Below, in pieces: positions 51,577-64,000 of a stretch of 64,000 nt of DNA; the stretch's first letter is position 1; each line of letters opens with the position of its first letter. The translations under genes and the position numbers were made by a program. The notes beneath the pieces are model-generated. The model was not told where the DNA came from and made no database searches. It saw nothing but the letters and a program-made list of their open reading frames with translations. The DNA is from Octopus sinensis (taxonomy: Eukaryota), in NCBI RefSeq assembly GCF_006345805.1, contig NC_043003.1, forward strand, positions 57,536,001 through 57,600,000, in the 5' to 3' direction.

Positions 51577-52504
51577 TCAACAACAGCAGTAGCAGCTGCA
51601 GCAGCAACACCGGAACAACAACCATTGCTACCATGACACTCACCACGAGAACCACACCAACCGTAAGTACAAGCGCCGTTACGTCAATGGCCATCACAAC
51701 AATGTGTGTGTGTGCGTGGTGTGTGTGTGTGTGTGTGTGTGTACTGAAAAGCTTAAGAACTTTCACATGAAGAAATCTATATTAAATAACAAAAAGTGCT
51801 TTAAGAAATTAGTCATTCACAAACGTTTTTTGACGATATTGATATAAAAATGTAAATCTCTCCGTATTTAACTGATGAGAAGGTTTACGTTGGCGAATAC
51901 AAACACATGAAAAGCGGAGAAGTGTGAAATTCAATTGGAGCTGGACCTTCACTTGCACGACAGGGAGTTTTCACCCGGCGGTATATCAACCATTCAAAAA
52001 AATGACATGGAACATTGTCATCGCAAAATATTTTAAAACGAAGCGGGTGGGTTTGATGGGGCCTAAAAGGACTCTCTATGAAAGTAACGTGTAATTTTAT
52101 TGGTTTCTTCAGAAAGGACAAGACATGAGGCTTTGTTCGCTACCTCGTATGTATATGAAGGGTGAGTAACTGGAATGGTGGAAAAGACTAGAGCGAAGGA
52201 GTTTGGTGAATCAAATGCGGCAGAAGACATGTTGAATTTATAGTATATGTGTGTATAGCAATGTGTCTAACAGTTTGCAATGATATATCGTGCAGTTTAG
52301 AGTTCTAGTGAGGTTATTTTCTCAGAGTTCATTTTCTTTGAGGAAGTTGAGTGTAATGGACACAGGCCGAGTGTCAGTAAATGAACAATCTACAATATGG
52401 GTTGAAAAATTACGAACAGTGAATTCTGATTCAAGATGTTCCTGGGATGAATTGAGGATTTTAGTTTTTTATTGGTGTATATGTTGTAGAATCTAGAAAG
52501 TTTG

Positions 52505-52910
52505 TGAGGTATGACTGTGTGGTAAGAAGTTTGCTTCCCAACCACATGGTTCTGAGTTCAGTCCTACAGCGGGGAATCTTTCGTGGGTGTCTTCTACTAT
52601 AACCTCGGGGAAACCAAAGCCTTGTGAGTACATTTGGTAGACGAGAACTGGAAGAAGAGCGCTGTATACCCGTGTGTGTGTGCGTGTTTGTGTGTGTGTG
52701 TGCGTGTTTATGTTTATGTTTGATCCCCCACCACTACCATCTCTTGATAAATGGTGTGTATACGCCTCGCAACGTAGCGGTTCGGCATAAGATACCGACC
52801 GAATAAGTACCAGGTTTTAAAATATTAAGTACTGGGTCCATATCTTCTACTAAAGTTCTTCAATCCGGTTCCCCTTCATGGCCGCAGTCTAATGATTAAA
52901 ACAAGTAAAG
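52505..52910 (+). mobile_element. SINE family A, diverged
   Basis: gtatgactgtgtggtaagaagtttgcttcccaaccacatggttctgagttcagtcc...gaataagtacc...catggccgcagtctaatgattaaaacaagtaaa. Confidence 0.82.
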
Positions 52911-53680
52911 GAAAAATATCAAAAATGCTCTAAATGATGTCAAACTTTATGAGATTTCCCTCAACTCTGAAATTAGTCTTGACAATGCACTGCCTATAAG
53001 AATTACTGGGTTTTGAAACATGTAGGCATGCTGATTATATCGTAATTTAAACTGATGTGCTGTTAAATCAGTTTCGGCGTATTGAAACCACATCAAAATG
53101 AATAGACGGTGAAAGTTTGTTTGGTATCAACCGTCAAAGTGACACGCAGCCTAATTGAAGTACATGCATGGAGCTGTGATATGCAAGGCATTGTTTTGTG
53201 CTTAATGACCGAAACGGTTTCATCTAAGGTAAAAACAGAAGAATAGTTTGCGTCAATCGTGTTTTTGTTAAAGATTTGATAATATTCGTGAATATTTAAC
53301 AAATCATCACTGCGCTTAGGAATTTTCAGGTGATACATGCACTATCCTCTGAGCTATAAAGAAGGTTATACCATAACATTTTACATTTTCTCTTCTTTTA
53401 CAACCGGTGGCGTTATTGTCGTAATTGGTGGCCTACTTTCACTTGACCTTCTAATCATTTTGTGATACAGTTTGCTCTAAAAAACATCTGCTGCATTTTA
53501 AGAGTTTCATCATACGAGAGGCTGGATAACTGGTAATGTTTCTTTCTATAGATTTGTTTACGATAACAGGCGGTTTTCTGTTTTTCTTTTTCTTATGGAT
53601 ATATATACCAGTGTGCGTATGTGTGTATGTGCGTTTATATGTATATAAAATGTGTCTGTTTGTCTACCTGTCTATTTGTT

Positions 53681-53721
<41 letters not shown>

Positions 53722-53738
53722 TATATATATTATATATA

Positions 53739-53793
<55 letters not shown>

Positions 53794-54374
53794 CTATCGA
53801 CATATCTGCATTATCTCTGTAGGTCTGTCTATCTTTCTACTATATATATCTGTCTCTATTTTTTCTCAATTTCACTCTATTGCTCTCAATTTAAGCGTAT
53901 GTGCACGTGCTCAGATGTGTATGTATTCATGTACGCATGTATGTATGTATTTATGTATAACTGAAGATATGTATTCATGTATGTATGTTTCTGCTGCTGC
54001 ATAAATGGAATGTGAGGATGTCTGTATGTGTGTGCATATAAATATGTGTATATAAAGGTGTCTATATGAATATATACGCGGATATGTATGTATACATATG
54101 TGCCTATGTGTACATGTGTGTGTGTGTGTGTGTTGTGTGTGTGTGTGTGTGTGCGTGTGTGTACTATACTGTTGGTGTTAATACAAAACAAGAAAGGAAT
54201 ATGTTTGTAACGTAAGCAGCACACGTTCCTACATTGTTGTGGTTATTGTTGTTGTTGTTTCTGTTGTTTCTGTTGTTGTTGTTGTTGCTATATTGCACAC
54301 GACTATACAATGTTCTGTTCGTTGGCCCATATAGCTTGCAGTCGATGCACATGGTCAGTCAGCTGGTGGTAATA

Positions 54375-54425
54375 GTGGTCTGCTACTGCGAGTGGTCGTG
54401 GCAGTAGTGATGATGGAGATGCTGA

Positions 54426-54456
<31 letters not shown>

Positions 54457-54469
54457 GATGGTGGTGATG

Positions 54470-54501
<32 letters not shown>

Positions 54502-54618
54502 GGGAACGACGTCAGTGGTGGAAGTAGTACTGGTGGTTATGTTGCTAGTGGTGGTTATGGTTATGGATGGTTGTACTTTGGTAACGATGAGAAAGCTAGT
54601 AGTAGTAGTAGTAGTAGC

Positions 54619-54681
<63 letters not shown>

Positions 54682-54780
54682 TGTGGTGGTTGTACGGTTT
54701 GTTGTGCAGATGGGGGTGCGGATGGTGTGGTGTTGGTGGTGGTAGTATTTGTAGGTGAGGTGGTTGCGGTCGACATAGTT

Positions 54781-54821
<41 letters not shown>

Positions 54822-54880
54822 GGTGATGGTGGTGGTGGTGGTGGTGGTAGTGGTGGTGGTAGTAGTTGTAGTTATAATGA
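54375..54880. repeat. Compound (GTG)n/(GTA)n/(GTT)n array
   Basis: Directly visible. Confidence 0.95.
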
Positions 54881-55135
54881 AACATTCAGTGATGGCTGGG
54901 CAACGGTAGTAGTGGAGGTGGGGGTGTTTGACGATGGGTTGGTGGCGATATGCTAGTGATGGTCATCGTGCCGTTAGTCCATTATGGTCAAAGAGAACGG
55001 TGTGATAATTGGTTAAATTGCAGTGGATAGTTTGATGGATGGTCACAAGAATTACTGCAAATATAGACACACACACACACACCAATCACATGCTTTCACA
55101 TATAGTTTGTAGATTACATGTGACTGTTATCTATC

Positions 55136-55205
<70 letters not shown>

Positions 55206-55516
55206 CATAACTATCTATATATATATTTATCTATCTATATATATATATGTGTGTGTGTGTATGTGCGTGTGTTTGTATGTGTGTGTGTGCATGTATGTGT
55301 GTACATTGCGCTAAATATATGCGCCTAAAAGTTGGTGTATATATCAATATCAATATATGTATATCAATATATATCAATATATATGTATGTATATATATAT
55401 ATATGTATGCATATATACATGTACATATATATGTATATATATGTAGATATATATGTGTGTGTATATATGTATATATATTGTGTGTATGTATATATATATA
55501 TTATATATATATCTAT

Positions 55517-55555
<39 letters not shown>

Positions 55556-55662
55556 TGATATTGATATGACATATACACCAACTTATAGCTATATACTTAG
55601 CGCAATGTCTATCTAACATATCATTCTCCCTCACTCTTTCCCCCTTTCTGTCTGCCTCTCTA

Positions 55663-55707
<45 letters not shown>

Positions 55708-56168
55708 GTATTTGTATGAGAGTGTGATCGATATATTTAAATACAGGCAGATGAATACATACATAGATAGATTCATAGATTCATAAGGGGGGATGGACGG
55801 CTGGAAGGATGGATAGATACGTGCAAATTCATCTGTATGCGTGAGTGTGTGCGTGTGTGTATGTACGCGTGTGTGTGTGTACGCGCGTGTGTATTCACGT
55901 ACATATGCTCGCTTATTTATCTACATCAAACAATTGACAAATCTATTTACTTACATATATGCATATATACGCATCCATAAATGTCTCTATTTGCATAAGT
56001 TATACAGAAACACATGTACTTAAAACATACATATATGTACCACATACCCACGTACACATACATATATGTATATGTGTGTGTGTGTATGTGTGTGTGTTCG
56101 TGCGCGTGTGTGTGTATATATATATTCATATACAGACACAATATGTATATCTTCGTGTATTGACCGAC

Positions 56169-56530
<362 letters not shown>

Positions 56531-56820
56531 ACATAGCCATAACAAGCAGGATAAAAGTGAATACGTAATTAGTATATTGTACTTAGAATTCCTCATTAGC
56601 GCTTCATAAATATCTAAGCGGCATTTATTACAGCGCACGCAGGTCTTTCTTTCTCCTTTTTTTTCTTTCTTTGTCACTCTTTCTGCTTTTCTCTCTCTCT
56701 CTCTCTCTCACTCTCTCTCTCTTTCTCTCTCACCATGTATATGTATGTCTAATTGCATAAACATATACACAATATTATATATATATGTATATATATATAT
56801 ATATATATAATATAGGTATG

Positions 56821-56852
<32 letters not shown>

Positions 56853-57547
56853 TGTATGTATGAATGTGTGTGTGTCTGTGTATATATATATGTGCATTAG
56901 CATACACAGATACTTGTCCATATAATTCAACACACATCCCCATACATGTCTATTTGATGTAGGATATGAAATGTCTAAGTACATTTCTACATTCATATAC
57001 ATTTGCATACGCCTCTCTCTCTCTCTCTCTCACTCTCTCTCTTTCTCTTTCTGTTAGAGAGAGAGAGAGAGAGAGAGAGTATCCGTATATATATGTATAT
57101 ACCAAAACAGATAAGCATTACTTTGGTCTAATTATCTAGATATACACATACACAACGACGTGTATATATATGTGCATGCGCTTGGGTATGTGTGCCTGTC
57201 AACACGTGTATTGTATGTGACTTTGCTTATGCATTCATACGTGTGTTTGAGCGTTTTTATCAGAGCGTTTACAGTCGAGAGTATATATGGTTGTCCGTAG
57301 ATTTAAATTCAGATATGCATACCGGCTTAGAGATATAAAATGCGCAGTCACATACACATTCACATCTAGATATACATATACCAATATAAACACACGTAGA
57401 CACACACGCACAACACACACATATACATGTATATAAAAACACACACATATATATATATGCATAGGCATATAAGCATATATACATATGTTTATGTTTATAT
57501 ATTTATATATATATATACATACATACATACATACATACATACATACA

Positions 57548-57583
<36 letters not shown>

Positions 57584-57876
57584 TATATATATTTGTACAC
57601 GTCTTTCTCAGCGTACGCAATTATATCTAACTTTAAATATTATAGTATAAGCTGTGTTTATTTATTTTATATTACAATATAAAATAGAAGAAACCTCAAG
57701 AAGCGATACTTTGAAGTTACTGTCTGTTTTTCATACACATACATAATTACACACACGCGTGTGTGTGAGTATGTGTTTGTGTGTAAGTGTGCGTGTGCGT
57801 TGAATATATATATATGTATATATATGCATACATATATACATATAAATATACATATATATATATGCATTATATCATA

Positions 57877-57943
<67 letters not shown>

Positions 57944-58019
57944 TATATAAATATCAGTAATATGTGTGTATATGCATATATACACACATGTACATTAGAT
58001 ATTTGTTTACAACGATTTA

Positions 58020-58700
58020 ATTAAGCTCATTAAAAAGTAATATTTAATAATTCCATCAACACCTTTCAGAATACAATAAACGAACAATTTACAACGCACG
58101 TGAATTTAGACAATGTATACTTACATGCAGATAAAAGCAAGAATTCTATATGAATTGGATAGAAACATTTGCAGCAAATTGTTATTAAATAACGTAACGG
58201 ACGGACACAAAGAAGAAAAATAAAACTAAATATATATAATATAATCAATTACGAGGTGAATAACCTGACAATACGTTGATACATAACAGAAAGAGTAGAA
58301 CTTTTCAGCATTGGCAGAACCTACTTAACATTAAAGAACCATAAGAGACAACTTCACAACTAATCCAAAGTGCAGAATTATAAATCCAACAAAAGACGAA
58401 ATAGAGATACTAGACAAATACTTTTTTATGTTTGTATAAATACAAAATACGTCAAACCTAAGACAAGGAAAATTGTAACAGCGCCTGTATCATGTAGTTT
58501 AAATAATACTTAAAATAATACGTAAAATCCTACGCATCGATTTCTAAAAGTCTTCTGACACTGATAAAATTTGGTAAAGCAAATAGTACCATAACCAATA
58601 CCAATAACAATGTTATAATGAATGCAAGGAAATCGTAATTGTTGTATATCAATACATATTTGATGAAGAAGGTATTCAAATTTATGAGTCTATAAGTAAT
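58020..58700 (+). pseudogene. Decayed Penelope-like reverse transcriptase, N-terminal region
   Basis: TFQNTIN...VYLHADKSKN...LLLNNVT...YLTLKNHK/DNFTTNPKCRIINPTKDEI, matching the ADKTRN / TLKDHK / CRLINP motif series of invertebrate PLEs. Confidence 0.65.
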
Positions 58701-58869
58701 GATGAGGGAGCCGAGTTGACTAATTAGTCTGATATTTATATGTGTGTATGCATTTATGTATGTATGTATGTATGTATGTATGTATGTATGTATGGATGGA
58801 TGGATGGATGGAGGATGGATGGATGGATATATATATATATATATATATATATATCTATATATATATATA

Positions 58870-59018
58870 GTAGTGGGTAGTGATTTTCTTCACTACTTAA
58901 GAGAGTGACGACCCTACCTGACACGAGTCCCGGGCTCAGCTGGCTCCGGCTGACAGTACCCGGTATGGGCCCCTATCCAGGGTTACAGAAAGGAGACAAC
59001 CTTCAAAGAAATCCGGAT
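58870..59018 (+). mobile_element. Partial second copy of the 6972-7405 element
   Basis: gtagtgggtag(c/t)gattttcttcactactt...cgggctcagctggct...ccagggttac...cttcaaagaaatccggat. Confidence 0.85.
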
Positions 59019-59019
59019 T

Positions 59020-60780
59020 GGAGTATTTGATCTAAATATAAATTACTTTACTTATATAATAAGTTTAATTTATTAGTTAGGATGTGTTTTGAATATTAAT
59101 TTGATATATAATATATATTTGTTATAAATGACAGTCTGCTTTATGGTTTGTAATAATTTTTCAATTAATTAATGTAATTTATTAATGAATATTAATTATA
59201 TAGAATGGGTCTATAAGTTGATTTGTTCGAATAAAGGTTTGGCTTCAACGTAACCATATTTATATAAATGAAATAAATAAATTTGTATAAGATTATTAGA
59301 GAATATACAGTTAATTGTAGTTGTATATATTAATTTTACTGTCTGGTGACTTGAGTATATTTTATTATAGTTAATTCAAAATTTTAGCTTTCTGTTGAAA
59401 GATATTCTAGTGTATAGTGATTTTATTCTCTCTTAGAGATTTTATTCTCTTTTTCTGTTAAAGCTAAAATATATTTGTAGTTTTCATTGATAAAAATTTA
59501 TATTTCCATCTTTTTGTTCTATTTCTTTAAGCAACGTAATTTCACGAGTAATTTATAAGATCTTTTTCGTTTTGAATTTTTTTAGTTAATAATACGCCTT
59601 TTGGAGAGATAAGTAAACTTTTTTATTTAAGAAATATTATTGTACTCTATATAAGAATTGATTGTTAATATGAATTTATAATTTTTAATTTGTTAAGGAT
59701 AATTTAGATACGGAAATTTATTTAATTATTATTATTTTACAATTACTATATCTGAATATAAATTTTAAGATATTAGTTAGTCACTTTGGGATCAAGATCG
59801 TAAAAAATGTTTTAATTTAACAACAAGATTCTTATTATATTTCTAGCCATTTTATATTTCTAATACTATTACATTTAATAATAATAGTTATAATAAGTAT
59901 TTTATAAAGATAGGTTATACGTTTTTATTTTGGAATTTTCAATTCTTATCTAGCATTTCATAAATATTTTCTAAAGATATCTATAATATTTATGTAAGTA
60001 ATAATGGACTAATTTATTTATTGTTTATATATTTATTGACAGATAAAATATATATTTCTAATTACTATATTTGTTGATTATAATTTAGATACTTATTTTT
60101 ATGTATTTATTATTTTATAATTACTATATGCGAACTAAAATCTAAAAATATTAAGAGTGATTGTTTTGTAAAATAGTTTGTAAAATAGTTTGTAAAATAG
60201 TTTAGAGTATAACTAGGTTAAAGATATTCCATAGTTTATTAATGTTTTTTTTATTATGCTAAATTCTATCTTCACAGATAAATACATTTTTCTATCTATT
60301 TACTATATTTTTTACCTTAAATATTTAACATAATAAATGTATTGTAGGAAATTGATCCTAATGTTTGAAGTTTCAAATTTAGTTAATGGAGATTCTTCTA
60401 TAAGAAAAATCATTATTTATTTATTTATTTTTAATAAATATTGTTTAACTCTATTTGCTTATTTATTTAAATATTATTGTTAACTTGAAGAGTGACTATA
60501 ATTTAAATTGAATTAATTTTCAATTAAATTTAACTTCAATTGCAATTCGAATTTAAAAATTGTAATTCGAATTTTAAAATGCCATGAAACGTACGTAGTT
60601 TTTTTACTTATATATTGATTATTCATTTTTAAGCATTTATGATCTAGTTATATGAAATTATATTTTATTTTGTATTCATGATTTGGTTTATGTCTATTAT
60701 TGTTTGAATTGCATAATAGTAGTTTTTTTCTCTAATTTATATATTATATATTTATATTATGAAATTTGGTATAATACTAA
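59020..60780 (-). pseudogene. Extremely AT-rich block, possibly a very old Penelope-like RT relic
   Basis: Minus strand is A-rich. Faint in-order traces such as gttacgttgaagcc (DVTLNL-like) and acttatagaccc (TYRP). No open frame. Confidence 0.3.
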
Positions 60781-61082
60781 ATTAAATTTTTCCCTGTAAG
60801 TTTGGAGTTATACTCCCTAATATTATATATATATTATTTATATTACTTGATTGAACGCCATGCATCCATTTATAAAGTAAGTTTATACATACATACACAC
60901 ACACATATATATATATATATATATCTATATATATATATATATAATATATATATATATGATGTATGTTGTATGTATGTATGTATGTATGGATGGATGGATG
61001 GATGGATAAGTAGATAGGGAGAGAAATAAATAGATAGATAGACAGATAGATAGATAGATTGATAGACAGACAGACAGATACA

Positions 61083-61113
<31 letters not shown>

Positions 61114-61352
61114 CTTAGAGGTCAGAATGGGACCATGATCAGTCCCACAAAACCACTGAACCATGACAGACTAGCCCAGAAACCAAAAAAAATCCTTTTA
61201 ATTCCACATTGCTCTTCCTTCTCCCAACCTCAACCAACCTCCCACACTGTCCCTTAAAATAGCAAACATTGCTTACCTACACACAAAACAGAAAAATTTC
61301 AAAAAGACAGGTCGGTTCCGCTCCATTTTTTGTAAATTCTTAATATATCTCC

Positions 61353-61406
<54 letters not shown>

Positions 61407-61601
61407 TACCAAGCATGATTTAACATTTTTTATTATTATCAAAGAATGTATTTTATACTTTTGTGACAACTAGTACTTAACCCATCAAAAGCTTATACAA
61501 AGCTTCACATTTTGTTTTGACAATCTTTTTCTAAAAAAGTGAAACCGGTCAATCTTTAACATTGCATTTTCATACCTTCTTACACACACACACACACACA
61601 T

Positions 61602-61639
<38 letters not shown>

Positions 61640-61646
61640 CACAATC

Positions 61647-61812
61647 GACGGGCTTCTTTTTTCAGTGTCCGTCTACCAAATCCACTCACAAGGCTTTGAT
61701 CGGCCCGAGGCTATAGTAGAAGACACTTGCCCATGGTGCCACGCAATGGGACTGAACCCGGAACCATGTGGTTGAAAAGCAAGCTACTTACCACATAGCC
61801 ACTCCTGCGCCA
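61647..61812 (-). mobile_element. SINE family A, head half
   Basis: gacgggcttc...ccgtctaccaaatccactcacaaggc...gggactgaacccggaaccatgtggttg...ccactcctgcgcc. Confidence 0.88.
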
Positions 61813-61883
61813 ACATACATACATATATACATGCATAAATACATACATACATACATACATACATACATACATACATACATACA

Positions 61884-61915
<32 letters not shown>

Positions 61916-61929
61916 CATGCGTTATAAGC

Positions 61930-62760
61930 ATAAATGCTGCCTAGAAATTAATAGAAAAGTAGCGGAAGCGAAAATTTAAGGCAATATGTCAGTTACGTAT
62001 ACACCTGCTTGTTGTTACAGAATACAAACACATGCATCAAATCTTAAACATAAATCGTTACATACCTATCGCTGTGAGGCATAGACATTTTTTTTTAAAA
62101 ACTCATGTTATAAAGAAAACAGCGAAATATCTCAAAACTGACATTGCTACCCAAAGAACTATAGAACTTAAAAACCATAAAACATTAAAACCAAGTAGCG
62201 AACCAAACGTATTGAACAGAAATTATTGAACATAGTCGACAACACACGCTGCAAACTCATAAAACGGAAAAATAATAATAACCCAAGGAATAAACAACTT
62301 AGAGCTGTAAACATATAGATTAATTAAAGAACTTAAACCAATAGACATTGCAAGCTAACAATCTATAACACATATTTAAGACTCGAAAATGTAATTAAAC
62401 CGAGCCAAACACAACCTAACGGAATAACATATCACTTTCGCTGTCGAGCTTCGATGGTGTTAAAACAACGCGACATGGGAATAAACCAAACATAGACCAA
62501 TATCTATTAAATATAAACGTTAATTATAGAAAATATATGTAAACGATTATTTCTACCAACAAAACTTTTCAGTAATATAGAATTGACTAAAATACCCAAA
62601 TCGTGACGAAAATATGCACTAACGTACTTAAAACATAAAAACATAATTGAAACAAGTTAAATGTAAACCAATAGAATAAATCACTTTGACAGAGAAGCAT
62701 CAATCGCTTATGACATGAGAATAAATCAATGTAGATATATAACTAGTAAATATAAACTTG
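61930..62760 (+). pseudogene. Possible decayed Penelope-like ORF N-terminal region
   Basis: A-rich with faint G(F/V)KTTR, NYRKY, QQ-KL and TKMY traces; many stops. Confidence 0.3.
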
Positions 62761-63145
62761 ATAGCAAATATCAAAGTTTGCTGTTTGAGTCGCTGTTGGT
62801 TGGTGTTAGCTGTGTGTCCTCCAATAACAGCCACACAAGCACATTTGTTATACACGAAAGTTTTCTCGTATATGCCAATAGAGTATTGTGAGAAGCTAGG
62901 ATCGAACTTAGCTGTAATAAAATTATGAAAAGACTAGGTTAGTGTTGCTTGAAAGGAATAGAGTTTGTTCACCATTATTGAAGAAGCCCGCCTTTTTTTT
63001 TTACACAGGTTTGAATTTCAGTAAAACTCGACGCTGTAAAGGCTAGTTGTTCATGCTTCGAAGAGCTGCCCTCTGGTTTGCTCTTGGTGCATGCCAAAAG
63101 ACTACTTGTAATCTATGGTTGGGAGTTCAGAATTACTCTCTAAAG

Positions 63146-63925
63146 CAGGGGTTCTCAACCATTTTTTTTATCTATGGACCTGCAGTGGTCTAGGCAGCTA
63201 AATAGTTGAATGAGCTCCCTTGCAAGAAAGATTATAGAGTAACCTCCCTTTTCTAAGTTTCTTGAAGCATCTGTGTCATAAGACGCGATTCTTAATTATT
63301 CAAGAAGCTTAACGTTTCTCTTGGAAGTTTCTAGAATGGTTTGCGTTCCATTAATAAAAACTGCATGCTAACCCTGCTCTTCGCTTCTTAGCGGATTAAA
63401 CTTAGAGACATTCCCGTCATTGCTATGTCCGTCTATTTCTCTACGCCACATGACTGAAAGCCACCACATAGCTGTTATTTCTATATTTCCTATCTCTGAA
63501 CTTTCTTGCATAGATTACTTCATTCAACTTGATTCTACATTTTGATTCTATGTATCATCATCGACCAGTAAATAAAATTTATTCTTATGTAGTAAATATA
63601 TAGAACTATTGTAATAACATACACGCAGCCACATCAACACCTACTGAGTATATATTACCACTACAGACCCCTTTTGATTATTATTTTATTCTCGTGGACC
63701 CCTATAGTCATTCAATGTTTAAAAACTAGTTTTATAGAAACTGCTTTCAAAATTCATTTTTCGTTATTGACACATTAACATGTATAGGTTGAATTATGTA
63801 AAACGCTAGAGAAAGAAACTTAGCTGTTTCTTGCAATACACACCAATACATACATCTAAAGCAAATTTTTTTCAGGGACCTTTAAAGTACTATTGGTATC
63901 CCCAATTTACCATTTTACTATGGAT
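63146..63925 (+). mobile_element. hAT MITE (same family as 9688-10014) interrupted by a solo LTR
   Basis: caggggttctcaacc start; the sequence after 63669 resumes alignment to 9720-9950. Confidence 0.85.
63181..63665 (+). mobile_element. Solo LTR (485 bp, Gypsy-like)
   Basis: TG...CA ends, terminal inverted repeats tgcagtggt/accactaca, 4-bp TSD gacc (63177-63180 and 63666-63669), internal aataaa. Confidence 0.85.
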
Positions 63926-64000
63926 CAAATCAGTTTGACTCAAACTCCTAGTTTCGGCCATAAGAATTCCTATCATTGAAATTTCTATGGCCGAAGACTA

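Noticed and set aside
54355-54885. Thr-rich mucin-like ORF (also 16450-16635 and 26326-26991)
   Set aside because: Built from pure triplet arrays, with no splice signals or unique flanking coding sequence.
59020-60780. Possible NUMT
   Set aside because: I recognise no mitochondrial protein, rRNA or tRNA signature; AT richness alone is insufficient. A BLAST search would settle it.

Overview
AT-rich, microsatellite-saturated eukaryotic DNA. The SINE families and repeat landscape look like an Octopus (coleoid cephalopod) genome; this is inference from pattern recognition, not a database hit. I find no intact protein-coding host gene, so the window reads as intergenic or deep intronic, with one 100-N assembly gap. 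Nearly all ORFs in the supplied track are translations of simple repeats. Recognisable content: (1) dozens of tRNA-headed SINE copies from about four families, several with clean target-site duplications; (2) a full-length mariner transposase frame broken only by three stop codons; (3) a near full-length decayed hAT (Charlie/Buster-like) transposase and hAT MITEs, one split by a solo LTR; (4) fragments of R4/Dong-clade, L1/Tx1-like and Penelope-like retroelements; (5) Tc1/pogo MITEs, foldback palindromes and a Helentron-like non-autonomous element. The most interesting signal is four minimal type I hammerhead-ribozyme motifs in two repeat families. One family has a tRNA-like head, an (AAT)n spacer and a hammerhead tail, making it a candidate ribozyme-bearing SINE. 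The other carries a non-canonical U at core position 6 in both copies.
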